A stretch of 64,000 nt of DNA, taken from NCBI RefSeq assembly GCF_054482595.1, contig NZ_CM137008.1. One strand, written 5' to 3'. The notes beneath the pieces were generated by a model, which did no database searches, was not told the DNA's origin, and worked only from the letters and a program-made list of their open reading frames with translations. How positions within the stretch are numbered: the first letter of the stretch is position 1; each line of letters begins with the position of its first letter. Positions 30,943 through 42,500 of the stretch are shown here, piece after piece. The translations under genes and the position numbers were made by a program.

Positions 30943-31992
30943 TCAGAAGTCGTAGCGCAACCCGACGATAATGGCGTCATCGTTGACCTTCTCGTTTTTA
31001 CTGGCCAGCGTATTAAGGTAAGTTGCTGATAAATACACATTCTTAGCTAAGGTTAGCTGCGATTCAATTCGCCAGCCCTCGTGTTCGTACACATCCTCGT
31101 CGGCTTCATCCAGGATGCTGTACCCGCCAAGCACTTTGAATTCTTTGGTGAATTGATAGGAGGCAACGGAATCGAAACTCGTATAGTCATTGTCAGATTT
31201 ATTGTCTCTTTCTATGGAGACCTTACCCGCCGTTACGGCTAATGACAAATCGCTATAATCGAACTGCAGCCCGCCCATTACCTGGCTGTGCTTCTTGCGG
31301 CCGTCGGTGGTTTTTACGCCGTCCTGACGGTTATATTGACTGACGGCAATCGCCGGTGTGATTTTTACGTCGCCGAATTTAATCATCTTGCGATAACTGG
31401 CCATCATGCCGTTATCAAGTGCATCGTTGTCGCTATTGCCATTTCCAAAAACGTAAGCCAGTTGCACCTGATGCCCGCTAAAATCACCGTTCCATTGCAG
31501 GGTGCCATCCTGACGGTTAAATTGGTAAGAATCGTCAATAGTGGTAATACCGTAGTTATATACGTTTGGCGTAAAGTTTTTATATTTGTCCGTCATGCGC
31601 ATGACCTGATATAACGGGTTTTTAGTACGACCGGCAATCAGCTCGCCATATTTAGCATGAGAAAGCCCCAGATAGGCGTAACGGGCGTCGAGATCTTTAT
31701 CTTTGGTTTTATTATCATCTTTTTCAGTACGAACCTGCCACTCCAGGCGACCGACAAGTTTAGTATCTTCCAGTAAAGGGAGGTCGCGGGTTAAATAAAT
31801 CCCTAAGCGCCCCCCTATTTGGCTACGGGAGTCATCATTTGCGAATGATGCTTCTCCATTCGCTAACTGCCACTCAATACGCCCGTAAATATCCAGCGTG
31901 GTGGCTTTATCCTCATAAACGCTAATCGCCAGCGCTGACGTGCTAGCCCCAGATAAGGCAATGAATAATAATGTTTTGGCTTTAATGCTCAT
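30943..31992 (-). CDS. outer-membrane beta-barrel porin
   Basis: 349 aa, signal peptide (MSIKAKTLLFIALSGASTSALA), alternating hydrophobic pattern, C-terminal ...GLRYDF with terminal Phe. Confidence 0.6.
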   Translation of the reverse strand: MSIKAKTLLFIALSGASTSALAISVYEDKATTLDIYGRIEWQLANGEASFANDDSRSQIGGRLGIYLTRDLPLLEDTKLVGRLEWQVRTEKDDNKTKDKDLDARYAYLGLSHAKYGELIAGRTKNPLYQVMRMTDKYKNFTPNVYNYGITTIDDSYQFNRQDGTLQWNGDFSGHQVQLAYVFGNGNSDNDALDNGMMASYRKMIKFGDVKITPAIAVSQYNRQDGVKTTDGRKKHSQVMGGLQFDYSDLSLAVTAGKVSIERDNKSDNDYTSFDSVASYQFTKEFKVLGGYSILDEADEDVYEHEGWRIESQLTLAKNVYLSATYLNTLASKNEKVNDDAIIVGLRYDF

Positions 31993-32410
31993 GCTGTTCT
32001 TCCCCTTTAAAAAATAAATATGTTCGCCCTTGATGCAGGATTAAATAGTTGTTATCAGGCGCCATTAATTTTTAGTTACATTAATGCAGAGCGAATACGG
32101 GAATTGCGTTTTCTCATAATAAAATGTGATTTTACGCACATAAAATAGGGCTTAATGGCTGGCGTTGTTATTTGTGAAGATTTCATTGAAAATAAATAAT
32201 AGCGATTTAATTGATTCTCTCCGAACTGAGATATAAATGGCGAATTTATGTTAATCTCATCACGTTTTTCATATTGTGATCCCCGGAACATATGGGAAAT
32301 GCATATTCCCCTGTTTACGCAGTGAGAATTGCTCCAGAATACTCGTTACGCAGTTAAATTTGATTTGAATGATATGCTGTTATCAGCGACGTACGTCACA
32401 GGAGTTTATA

Positions 32411-33781
32411 ATGCCAGGCAGTCAAAGTTCGGTATTTGATTCAGAATTGTATTCCTCTCTCTTCACGCAGCCGGAGATGAAATCAATCTGGTCCGATGAT
32501 AATCTTCTTCGCTGTTGGCTGACCTTTGAAGCAACCATCGCGCATGTGCAGACTGAGTTAGGTATTATTCCCCCTGAAGCCGCCGCGGAAATTTCCGCCG
32601 CCTGCCAGACGCTGAAAATAGACTGGCCGCGCCTCGCCAGGGAAACGCGTTCCGTCGGTATGGCGATTAAGCCTCTGGTTGATCAAATTGCCGATGCGGG
32701 TTCCCCTTTGGTCAAAAAATACCTTCACTGGGGCTGCACGACTCAGGATCTGCTGGATACCGCCCTGGCCATGCGCATGAAGCAAACCCTGCAATTACTG
32801 CGCAGACAGTTGGTGCAGTTGGGCGAAACGTTGAAAGCTATGGCGCTTGAGCACCGACATACGGTGATGGTCGCCAGAACGAATTCCGTCGATGCTTCCG
32901 CCACGACGTGGGGGCTACACGTCAGCAGCTATCTGTCCGAGCTAACCCGCCACCTTCAGCGCCTGGATCGCCTCTACCCGGCAGCGACTACCGGCCTGTT
33001 TGGTGGCGCGGTCGGCAACCTGGCCTCCGTCGGCAGCCAGGGAATGGCGATACGTAAGCAATTAATGGGCGCGTTAGGGTTGTCATGCCCTGTCGGTATG
33101 AGCAATGCCAGTCAGGATCATGTAGTCGAAGTGGTGCAGTTTTTTGCCCTGGTGCATGGCACGCTGTGTCGCATGGCCAACGACGTTGAAACGCAGGGCC
33201 GCACGTCCGTGGGCGAGTTGCGTGAAGGCGAAGGCGGTGGAGGATCCAGTACGATGCCACACAAGACGAATCCCCGCGCGAGCAATATGATCCAGACGCT
33301 TTCCCGCATGGGCTGGAACTATGCCTCTGGTGCAACCAGCCTTCTCGATCAGTGTGACGTGCGTGCTGCCTCCGCCCGCGTACTCAACTGGACGCTGGTA
33401 CCGGAGTCGGCGCTGGCCTTGTCGGCCAGCCTTGAACGTGCTGTCCGGTTAATTACGCATCTGGTGGTGGACAAAGAGAAGATGCGCAGCAACTTCGCCG
33501 CTTCAAAGAACTTCATTATGTCGGAATCCGTCACCATGGTATTGGCTGAGAAAATCGGGCGTGGTGCCGCTTACGATCTGATGAAAGCGTTATTAAAAGA
33601 CGCAGACGGCTCTAAAGACCTGTTGCAGTGCATGCTGGAAAATCAGACCGTTATTGACGCGCTAACTGAGTCGGAGATTGTTGCTGCTTGCGATCCATTG
33701 TCTTATCTGGGCTGCAATGACGCGCTGATCGAAGAAACCGTCATAGCCTTCGACGATTACATTCATGTCCGGACGGCGTAG
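32411..33781 (+). CDS. fumarate-lyase-superfamily enzyme (adenylosuccinate-lyase / 3-carboxymuconate-cycloisomerase-like)
   Basis: ATG 32411 preceded by AGGAG; signature GSSTMPHKTNP (GSSxMPxKxN); substrate not inferable from sequence. Confidence 0.75.
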   Translation: MPGSQSSVFDSELYSSLFTQPEMKSIWSDDNLLRCWLTFEATIAHVQTELGIIPPEAAAEISAACQTLKIDWPRLARETRSVGMAIKPLVDQIADAGSPLVKKYLHWGCTTQDLLDTALAMRMKQTLQLLRRQLVQLGETLKAMALEHRHTVMVARTNSVDASATTWGLHVSSYLSELTRHLQRLDRLYPAATTGLFGGAVGNLASVGSQGMAIRKQLMGALGLSCPVGMSNASQDHVVEVVQFFALVHGTLCRMANDVETQGRTSVGELREGEGGGGSSTMPHKTNPRASNMIQTLSRMGWNYASGATSLLDQCDVRAASARVLNWTLVPESALALSASLERAVRLITHLVVDKEKMRSNFAASKNFIMSESVTMVLAEKIGRGAAYDLMKALLKDADGSKDLLQCMLENQTVIDALTESEIVAACDPLSYLGCNDALIEETVIAFDDYIHVRTA

Positions 33782-33834
33782 TCCAGAGCCATTCGCTTCC
33801 TGCCGAAAGCAGGTGTGCCGACAGGAAGCGGTCA

Positions 33835-34722
33835 TTATCCAGGAAGAGGTGAAAAGGTTTCAAAAAAGACAAACAGTTCCTCCAGTTGCTCGAAATTGCC
33901 CTCGCCTTCGCCTTTTTCATAGGCCAGATGCAACACCAGCTCAATAAAAAAGAAACCTACGATGCGGCTTTTGAATACGGATTGCGTATCGCTCGGCAAC
34001 ACAAACTGCAGATTACAAAATTTGCCGTACGGGTTGGACTCCGAGTTAGTAATCAGCACTACCGTCGCGCCTTTTTTACAACACCATTCGGTAACGCGAA
34101 TCACTACCCGGTTAAAACGGTAGTAGGAGAAAACGATCAGCACGTCCTGATCCGTAACGGTCAGCAATGACTTCGGCAACTCCCCAACGTCCATAGAAAG
34201 CAATGTAACCCGATCGCGGAAATATTTAATCAGCGTAGTAAAATGTTTCGCCATCGCATAGGAAGACGCGGGACCGATTACGTATATATGTCGGTTGGTA
34301 TTCAAAATAATGTCGATAAATTTATCCAGACTGTCAATATTGATATTATCTTTAAAATTCTCGAACAAGGTCGTAACATTCTTATTAAATTCGGAAACAA
34401 TTTGTTCCGTGGTAATCTTTTCTTTTACCTGAATGCGTGATGCCAGCTCAAACGGCGGCACCATTTTTTGCAGTGTCAGCGTATTTTCCAATGCCCGACG
34501 GAAGTCAGCGTAGCCGATAAATCCCAGCTTATTTAAAAAACGCCCAACCGTTGCTTTACTCACCATTGCATTGCGGGCAATGTCGATGATGCCGTGAAAA
34601 GGGAGTTCATTAAAATGTTCACGCATATACGCGTCAAGACGGTGTTCTGACTCGGTTAGTGAACATAACAGCACGGTTTTTGAAATATAGTCCTCTAATG
34701 TTAAAGGGGTATTTTTTTTCAT
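33835..34722 (-). CDS. RpiR/MurR-family transcriptional regulator (HTH + SIS domain)
   Basis: 295 aa; N-terminal HTH (...IIDIARNAMVSKATVGRFLNKLGFIGY...), C-terminal SIS-like region; divergent from the transporter gene. Confidence 0.7.
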   Translation of the reverse strand: MKKNTPLTLEDYISKTVLLCSLTESEHRLDAYMREHFNELPFHGIIDIARNAMVSKATVGRFLNKLGFIGYADFRRALENTLTLQKMVPPFELASRIQVKEKITTEQIVSEFNKNVTTLFENFKDNINIDSLDKFIDIILNTNRHIYVIGPASSYAMAKHFTTLIKYFRDRVTLLSMDVGELPKSLLTVTDQDVLIVFSYYRFNRVVIRVTEWCCKKGATVVLITNSESNPYGKFCNLQFVLPSDTQSVFKSRIVGFFFIELVLHLAYEKGEGEGNFEQLEELFVFFETFSPLPG

Positions 34723-35005
34723 AATTGTCGTCCTTACACACTACGGATAAAAAGATACTATATTCAGTATAGAGAATAACCTTATCACATAATAATGCTA
34801 TGCTATAGCCTTCCGTAAAGTGATTGACATATTTCCTGTTATGAGATCATGCGCACAAACCCCAGCGGGAAAAGCAATTTCTCATAGCTCACATTACCCT
34901 GATTCGATCATGATTTCATTACGGCATCAGTCTCTGAATTTATAGAGAATTAGGCGATCTAAATATAACTAGCCGTCATATATAGGAAAACAAAAGGACG
35001 ATCTC

Positions 35006-36382
35006 ATGACCGCATTTGTAATCGCAATCGTGATCACTATCATTGCAGCATGGTTAATCATCAAGAACTTCCAACCTCAGACGGTATTGCTGCTGGCTGG
35101 TTTGTCTTTACTGACCATTACTGCTGTCTTCTATCCTGATAATAGCATTCTCTACGGTAAGGCTAAATCAACCGGTTCCACCTGGCTGGATATCTTTACG
35201 TTTGCCAAAAATTCACTCTCCACACAGATCGCCGGTATCGGTTTGATCATCATGGCCGCGGGCGGCTTTGCCAGTTATATGGATCATATCAAAGCCTCCA
35301 ATGCAATGGTGAACGTCTGCATTCGTCCCCTGCAAATCATCAAGGCGCCCTACGTGATCCTGGCTGTGGGGTATATTTGCGCACAGTTGCTGCACGTCGC
35401 GATTTCCAGCGCCGCCGGGCTGGCGATGATGTTATTAGTGACGTTCTTCCCGGTGTTGGTACGACTGGGTGTCAGTAAAGCAGCGGCGGCGGCGATGATC
35501 GGTCTGTGCGCCTTTATGGACTTAGGCCCGGCGGTCGGCACGGCCAACCTGGCGGCTAAACATGCCGGTATGGAAGCCGCCGTTTACTTTGCGCACTATC
35601 AGATGCCGGTGGCTGTTGCCGTTATGTTGGTAGTGTCGGTGCTGATTTTCTTTACCGCCAAATATTATGACAAGAAAGATGGTCACGTGATGACCAGCCA
35701 GGTGGCGGACGACACGACGCCTCAGAGTGAGGATAGCGAAAAAGTGCCGGGGCTGTATGCTTTCCTGCCTGTATTCCCTGTGATTCTGGTGCTGGTCTTT
35801 AGCCCGTTGGTCATCTCCACCATTAAAATCGACGTAGTTACCGCCATGATTGTCGGCACAATACTGGCGTTCGTCTGCGAACTGTTCGTTAAACGCGACT
35901 TCCGTGCCTGCTGTAAAGGTGTACAGGTATTTTTTAAAGGAATGGGCGGGATGTTTACCAGCGTGGTTTCATTGTTAGTGTGTGCGGATATCTACGCGCA
36001 GGGAATGCAAAAAATCGGCGCGGTGGATTACCTGTTGGAGATGGTGCAGAACGCGGGCTTTGGCTTTGCCAGCATGACCGTGGTGATGACGCTGCTGGTA
36101 GGTATAACCGCTGTACTGACGGGCTCCGGGGTTGCGGCATTTTTCTCTTTCTCCGGCATGGCGCCTGCTATCGCCACTAAATTTGGCGAAAGCGCTGTAC
36201 ATATGATTCTGCCGATGCAACTGATGGCTGGAATGGGACGTTCCATTTCTCCCGTCGCAGGGATCATCATTGCGGTCAGCAAAGCCGGTGAATGTTCACC
36301 GTTCATGATAGTGCGCAGGACCTTAATTCCGGCGCTCGGCGGCATGCTTACCATGTTGCTGGCTAACTACCTGTTGTTCTGA
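35006..36382 (+). CDS. DcuC-family (C4-dicarboxylate-type) membrane transporter
   Basis: 458-aa polytopic membrane protein; size and composition resemble DcuC as I recall it. Confidence 0.55.
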   Translation: MTAFVIAIVITIIAAWLIIKNFQPQTVLLLAGLSLLTITAVFYPDNSILYGKAKSTGSTWLDIFTFAKNSLSTQIAGIGLIIMAAGGFASYMDHIKASNAMVNVCIRPLQIIKAPYVILAVGYICAQLLHVAISSAAGLAMMLLVTFFPVLVRLGVSKAAAAAMIGLCAFMDLGPAVGTANLAAKHAGMEAAVYFAHYQMPVAVAVMLVVSVLIFFTAKYYDKKDGHVMTSQVADDTTPQSEDSEKVPGLYAFLPVFPVILVLVFSPLVISTIKIDVVTAMIVGTILAFVCELFVKRDFRACCKGVQVFFKGMGGMFTSVVSLLVCADIYAQGMQKIGAVDYLLEMVQNAGFGFASMTVVMTLLVGITAVLTGSGVAAFFSFSGMAPAIATKFGESAVHMILPMQLMAGMGRSISPVAGIIIAVSKAGECSPFMIVRRTLIPALGGMLTMLLANYLLF

Positions 36383-36469
36383 AGGACGTGTCGTCAGTGC
36401 GATGCCATTAAATCCAGAGAGCCAGGCGAGAGTACTTTGTTGTCAACATCAGTTAGCCGGACGTAAGTT

Positions 36470-38164
36470 ATGACCCACGAAATCACAGACAATTTACTTT
36501 ATATCCCTTATGCAGGCCCGGTATTACTGGAATCCCCGCTGCTGAACAAAGGCAGCGGGTTTACTGAAACAGAACGCGCAATGTTTAACCTGAGCGGGCT
36601 GTTGCCCGCAGCGGTTGAGACGATTGAAGAGCAGTCGCTGCGGGCCTATCAGCAATTCCTGGATATCAAGTCGGATATTGCCCGTCATATCTTTCTGCGC
36701 AATATTCAGGATACCAACGAGACGCTGTTTTATCACCTTGTGAGCAAGCACCTGGTGGAAATGATGCCGATTATTTATACCCCGGTAGTCGGACATGCGT
36801 GTGAACACTTTTCCGACATCTATCGCCGCGCCAGGGGATTATTCATCGCCTGGCCGGACCGGCATATGATCGACGAAATATTGCATAACGCCACAAAGCA
36901 GAATATTTCGGTGATTGTCGTCACTGACGGGGAGCGGATCCTCGGCCTGGGCGATCAGGGAATTGGCGGCATGGGGATTCCTATCGGCAAACTTTCGTTG
37001 TACACCGCCTGCGGTGGTATTAAGCCGTCGCATACGCTGCCAATCTTATTGGATGCGGGAACGAACAATTCCCAATTGCTCAATGACCCTTTGTATATGG
37101 GTTGGCGTCATCCGCGCATCACCGGCGACGCATATTTTGAGTTCGTCGAGATGTTTATCCGCGCGGTTAAGCGCCGTTGGCCGGACGTGCTATTACAGTT
37201 CGAAGATTTTGCCCAACAGACGGCGATGCCGCTGCTGACCCGCTATCGTGATGAGATCTGCTGTTTTAATGATGATATCCAGGGTACCGCAGCGGTGACT
37301 TTGGGATGCCTGATGGCGGCAAGCCAGGCCTCCCAACGTCGGTTATGTGACCAAACGGTAGTCTTCCTGGGCGCGGGATCGGCCGGATGTGGCATTGCCG
37401 AACATATCGTCACGCAGATGGTGGCTGAAGGGTTGACCGATGAGCAGGCCCGTTCACGCATTTTCATGGTGGATCGCTTTGGCCTGCTTACGGACGATCA
37501 AACTAATCAGGCTCCTTTCCAGTCACCGCTGGCGCAGCCGCGGTCGCGTTTGGCGAGCTGGGGCGGTCAGCAGGAGGCGTACTCGCTGATGGACGTGGTA
37601 AGCCAGGCTAAACCGTCCGTTCTGATTGGCGTCAGCGGGCAGCCAGGACTATTCAGCGAAGCGGTGATCGGGGAAATGTATCGTCACTGTTCGCAACCGA
37701 TAGTTATGCCACTTTCCAACCCAACCTCGCGCGCAGAGGCACGGCCGGAAGATATTCTGCGCTGGACCGATGGTAACGCGTTAATCGCCACCGGCAGCCC
37801 GTTCGAGCCGGTAAGCCACGGGGGAAAATTGTATCCTGTTGCACAATGCAATAATGTTTATGTCTTCCCTGGTGTGGGTCTCGGCGTGATGGTTAGCCGT
37901 GCCACACGCGTCACGGATAACATGATGATGGCGGCCAGCCGCACGCTGGCAAGTTGTTCGCCGCTGGTGCGCGACGGGCGTGGTCCGCTGTTGCCCAGTA
38001 TTAATGACATCCGGCAGGTGACGCAGGCCATCGCCCTTGATGTTGCTCTGGCTGCTCAACGTGATGGCGTCGCCGTAAATATCCCGCAGGAAACCTTGCA
38101 ACATAACATTTCGAGCGGATTCTGGGAGCCGCAGTATCTTCAGTACAAGCGCACCTCATTCTGA
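36470..38164 (+). CDS. NAD-dependent malic enzyme (MaeA/SfcA paralog)
   Basis: 564 aa; ...[22 protein letters not shown]...[34 protein letters not shown]...[13 protein letters not shown]... tracks E. coli MaeA closely but is clearly diverged. Confidence 0.85.
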   Translation: MTHEITDNLLYIPYAGPVLLESPLLNKGSGFTETERAMFNLSGLLPAAVETIEEQSLRAYQQFLDIKSDIARHIFLRNIQDTNETLFYHLVSKHLVEMMPIIYTPVVGHACEHFSDIYRRARGLFIAWPDRHMIDEILHNATKQNISVIVVTDGERILGLGDQGIGGMGIPIGKLSLYTACGGIKPSHTLPILLDAGTNNSQLLNDPLYMGWRHPRITGDAYFEFVEMFIRAVKRRWPDVLLQFEDFAQQTAMPLLTRYRDEICCFNDDIQGTAAVTLGCLMAASQASQRRLCDQTVVFLGAGSAGCGIAEHIVTQMVAEGLTDEQARSRIFMVDRFGLLTDDQTNQAPFQSPLAQPRSRLASWGGQQEAYSLMDVVSQAKPSVLIGVSGQPGLFSEAVIGEMYRHCSQPIVMPLSNPTSRAEARPEDILRWTDGNALIATGSPFEPVSHGGKLYPVAQCNNVYVFPGVGLGVMVSRATRVTDNMMMAASRTLASCSPLVRDGRGPLLPSINDIRQVTQAIALDVALAAQRDGVAVNIPQETLQHNISSGFWEPQYLQYKRTSF

Positions 38165-38280
38165 TAAGCAGTCTGTAGCGGGAAGATCTTGATACCGTTG
38201 GTAACGGCGGTATCAATTCCGTAAAAGCCGCATGGCCCGTATCTGTTCCGAGTGTATCCGGTGTTATGGTAGCGCAATCG

Positions 38281-38700
38281 TCACCGGGCATAGCGACCCG
38301 GCAGATTCATACACAGTTTCGTCTCCTCGGCATAGAAATGCGGCAGGTTCCGCTGATAGTCAGACGGCGTTACACCACAAAGCATTTTGAAATCTTTGCT
38401 GAAATGGGCCTGATCATGGAAATCGAGGTCACAAGCAAGGGTGCGCAAATCGACCACGCCGTGATGGATGCGCCGGCACGCTTCATTTACTCTGAGAATA
38501 CGGACAAACGATTTCCAGGAAACGCCAATCCTCTCCTGGCAGAAGCGGTTAATGTGCCGGGCGCTGTATGACGTCATCTCGGACAAGCTATTAAGACGAA
38601 TGCCCCCGTTCAGCGGGGAAGCATGCGTCAGTACCTGACGCAGCAGCGGTTTTTCCTCCAACACAGCGAAGGTGGAAGTTGAGAATAACTCCTTAAGCAA
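38281..38700 (-). pseudogene. AraC-family regulator, HTH domain only (sensor domain cut off by IS1 copy B)
   Basis: 139-aa ORF with an AraC-type HTH; an in-frame stop lies between it and the IS1 end at 38821. Confidence 0.55.
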
Positions 38701-38820
38701 AGGTAGCCCGCAGAAGTATACTGAACGCTATAAAGAATGTAGTGGAGATGCTGGTTGTGAACAGCAGATCCGTAAGGATATGGCGAAAGAATCGGCGGAA
38801 AATGTTCTTAAGTTGAAGTC

Positions 38821-39588
38821 GGTGATGCTGCCAACTTACTGATTTAGTGTATGATGGTGTTTTTGAGGTGCTCCAGTGGCTTCTGTTTCTATCAGCTGTC
38901 CCTCCTGTTCAGCTACTGACGGGGTGGTGCGTAACGGCAAAAGCACCGCCGGACATCAGCGCTATCTCTGCTCTCACTGCCGTAAAACATGGCAACTGCA
39001 GTTCACTTACACCGCTTCTCAACCCGGTACGCACCAGAAAATCATTGATATGGCCATGAATGGCGTTGGATGCCGGGCAACAGCCCGCATTATGGGCGTT
39101 GGCCTCAACACGATTTTACGTCACTTAAAAAACTCAGGCCGCAGTCGGTAACCTCGCGCATACAACCGGGCAGTGACGTCATCGTCTGCGCGGAAATGGA
39201 CGAACAGTGGGGCTATGTCGGGGCTAAATCGCGCCAGCGCTGGCTGTTTTACGCGTATGACAGGCTCCGGAAGACGGTTGTTGCGCACGTATTCGGTGAA
39301 CGCACTATGGCGACGCTGGGGCGTCTTATGAGGCTGCTGTCACCCTTTGACGTGGTGATATGGATGACGGATGGCTGGCCGCTGTATGAATCCCGCCTGA
39401 AGGGAAAGCTGCACGTAATCAGCAAGCGATATACGCAGCGAATTGAGCGGCATAACCTGAATCTGAGGCAGCACCTGGCACGGCTGGGACGGAAGTCGCT
39501 GTCGTTCTCAAAATCGGTGGAGCTGCATGACAAAGTCATCGGGCATTATCTGAACATAAAACACTATCAATAAGTTGGAGTCATTACC
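38821..39588 (+). mobile_element. IS1 (complete, 768 bp), copy B, inverted relative to copy A
   Basis: Starts GGTGATGCTGCCAACTTACTGAT at 38821 and ends ...ATCAATAAGTTGGAGTCATTACC at 39588; insA 38876-39151, insB 39070-39573. InsB differs from copy A at two residues (S65R, S88R), so the copies are not identical. Confidence 0.95.
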
Positions 39589-39594
39589 GACACA

Positions 39595-42500
39595 TCAGAA
39601 ACGATATTCCACACTCAACATGGCAGATGTATTATGGTATCCATGTTCTCCAAGTTGAATGCCTGCATCAGCCCGGAATGCTACTTCTGGTGTTATCATT
39701 CCCACAACACCACCATTTATTTCTCCGATATCACGCGCACCATCCTGGTATATACTTACACCATTCATACTGGTGCCGAAAACACGACTATTGTGCAACC
39801 AGTGTGCCTCCACAAATGGTCTGAACGGAACCGCATACCGCGTATTTTTACCGTTTTTGCTGGTAAGCCATGTTCTTGCTCCCAGGCGGGTGAGAATATT
39901 TCCGTTACCGGTATTTTCAATACTGGTTCCGTTACTTTCATGATATTTGTCTGATTTTACATTCATCCGGACAACCTGAAGCTGCGGCTGAACATACCAT
40001 TCATGACTTCCCTTGTAATTGTCGGTAAACTCTCCAGCCTTCCATGAATATCCTGCTTCCAGAGATACCGTAAACCCTTTTGACTTCCATGACTCAGCAG
40101 GCAGCCGTTCTCCATTTATATGATTATCAAACCAGCTGTATTGCAGCCAGCTATCAAGATAAGAACCATTGTGTGTTTCATCATTGGCATACCATGTTGC
40201 ATAAAGACCCGCTGTGTATCCATTCATTCTTCCTTCCGAATGGTATCCGGTGCTCAGGGCATTCGTACTGTTATTATTATGACCATAGCCAGCCATCATA
40301 CCTGTATGCCAGCGATCGGTACCATTCAGGCTCCACTGAGCTATATCTCCCCCTATTAACACAACGTAGCTATTCCCCCGGGTTCTCAGCTGACTACTGT
40401 TGTCACGCCAGCGATTATGTTTTCCTTTATTATACATCCAGATACCTGCTTCATTTTCTTCTCCTGTCATGTGGCTGATATACAACTCCTGTCCCTGTCG
40501 TTCATACAGATTCGTTACAAACAGATTATTTGCAGCAGCAATACTGGCAACATAGCTACCTGCCTCAGGACGCAAATTATTATCATGGCTTTCCGGTACA
40601 GCTTCAGGTTGTGGTACAGGAATGTCTTTTCTGCTAATCAGATACCAGTTAGTGCTGTTAATCCCCTGACCACGTTTCAGTATGTAATCATAAGCTCCGG
40701 CTGTAATACGTTCCGTCTGAATGAATTCAGCATTATCAGCATTGCCACTGACGTGAATCACTTCAATCCCATTAAGTGTCTCTGCACCAGTACCACCGGC
40801 CTGAGTAACAGCGACACGGGTACGGCCACTGGCATTACCTTTAATCACCAGACGATCTGTTTTCGAATTGTCACCACCTGTTTCTGTCTGGAGGAGAATA
40901 AGTCCATTTCTGCCAGTGTAATTCCCTCCGACAGTCAGTATATTACCCGGCATATATGTAGTGAGATCGACTATACCACTATTGCTCAGATTTCCTGCAA
41001 CGCCCCCAAACCCGGAGAGTTTGCCCTGCTCTTCAACAATGACCTGGTTACTGCCGAGCATCACCGGTGAATCTGCGTTCCCCAGTATCACTGTCCCCTG
41101 AATAATATCTGTCATCCCGGTCCATTTTGCGTTATCGCTAATGTTCAGTGCACCTGCTCCCGTCTTGCGAACATTACCATAACCACTGATATTGTTGGTA
41201 AGCTGCCATGCTGATGTACTGTTCAGAGTTAATGTGCCATAGTTATCAACAAAGGCTGTCCCCAGATTATCAGCCGTGGATACAGCCAAATGAGCCCCCT
41301 TATTCACGGTAAAAACACCGGAAAAATTACGATTATTACCCGTTATATCAAGCATTCCCCCATTTATGTTCAGAGAACCATCCCCTGCAATAGTACCTGC
41401 AGATTCTCCTCCATTATTCAGTATCAGACTTCCGCCATGAATGTTCAGCACAGAGCCTGCAGCCGTCAGTAGTTTGCTTATTGTCTGAGGATACCCATTC
41501 ATATCCAGTTCTGCGCCACGGGATAAATATAAATACTCAGTCCGACCAAGAGCATCAGGTGCAGCAAGAATTAATACGCCAGATTTAACCTCTGTATTTC
41601 CTGTATAATTGTTTGTTGCAGAAAGTATAAGAGTACCATTACCTGATTTTGTCAGACTTTTGCCGTCCCAGCCATCATATAATAAAGGTGAAAGATTATC
41701 GGAAAGAGAAACGCCTATGTTCAGAGTGGCATCTTTTTCTATATTAAAGGTTCCATATCCCATCCCTTTTGTATTATTCCATCTCAGCATGGATATCAGT
41801 TTGTTATCGTCGTCATTTAAAGACGTATAAACATAACTTTCAGCACCTTCTGTCAGTAATACATTGTATTGTACAATGTGACTATTATCAGCGATCGAGA
41901 TACCTGTGTCTGACGACAATAATGTGTAATAGTCCTGAGTCCAGTTCTTAATTGATGTGTCTATATTAAGCCATGAATCACTTTTTAATGTAATAGTATT
42001 TGCGTGAACATTAGCATTTCCTACAGACAGGTTCATAGATGCGTCTTCATCAATACTTATATTTCCGTTAAAAATGGAGTTCTTGCCTGACAGATAAACA
42101 GATGAGCCATTCCCAATCATTAGCCCACCATTAATTGCTGTTGCGTTATTGATGTTTTTAATAATTAATTCATTTGTACCATTAACAGGTATACTAGCTA
42201 GTTTAATATCACCATTAATCACAGAATCTGAATAAATATCTAATGAATTATACCCGCCAGAAAAAATTATTGATGTATTATAAGCATCTTTTTGGCTATT
42301 ATATAATCCTGAAAGATTACCATGATTATTAATATGGATATCTTCTCCATAAACAGAGCAACCACCGTCGGGGCCATATCCCCCCTGAACAATACCGTTA
42401 TTATTCAAAGTGATTTGATTTCCAGAAATAGCATCTCCCCCTTGTTTTATTCCATATCCTCCAGATATCATGTTGTCGTTAGTAATGAAAAGATTACTAC

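Noticed and set aside
28549-39588. Classic composite transposon with 9-bp target duplication
   Set aside because: The outer 9-bp flanks of the two IS1 copies do not match, so a simple one-step composite transposition is not supported; the structure is reported as an IS1-bracketed module instead.
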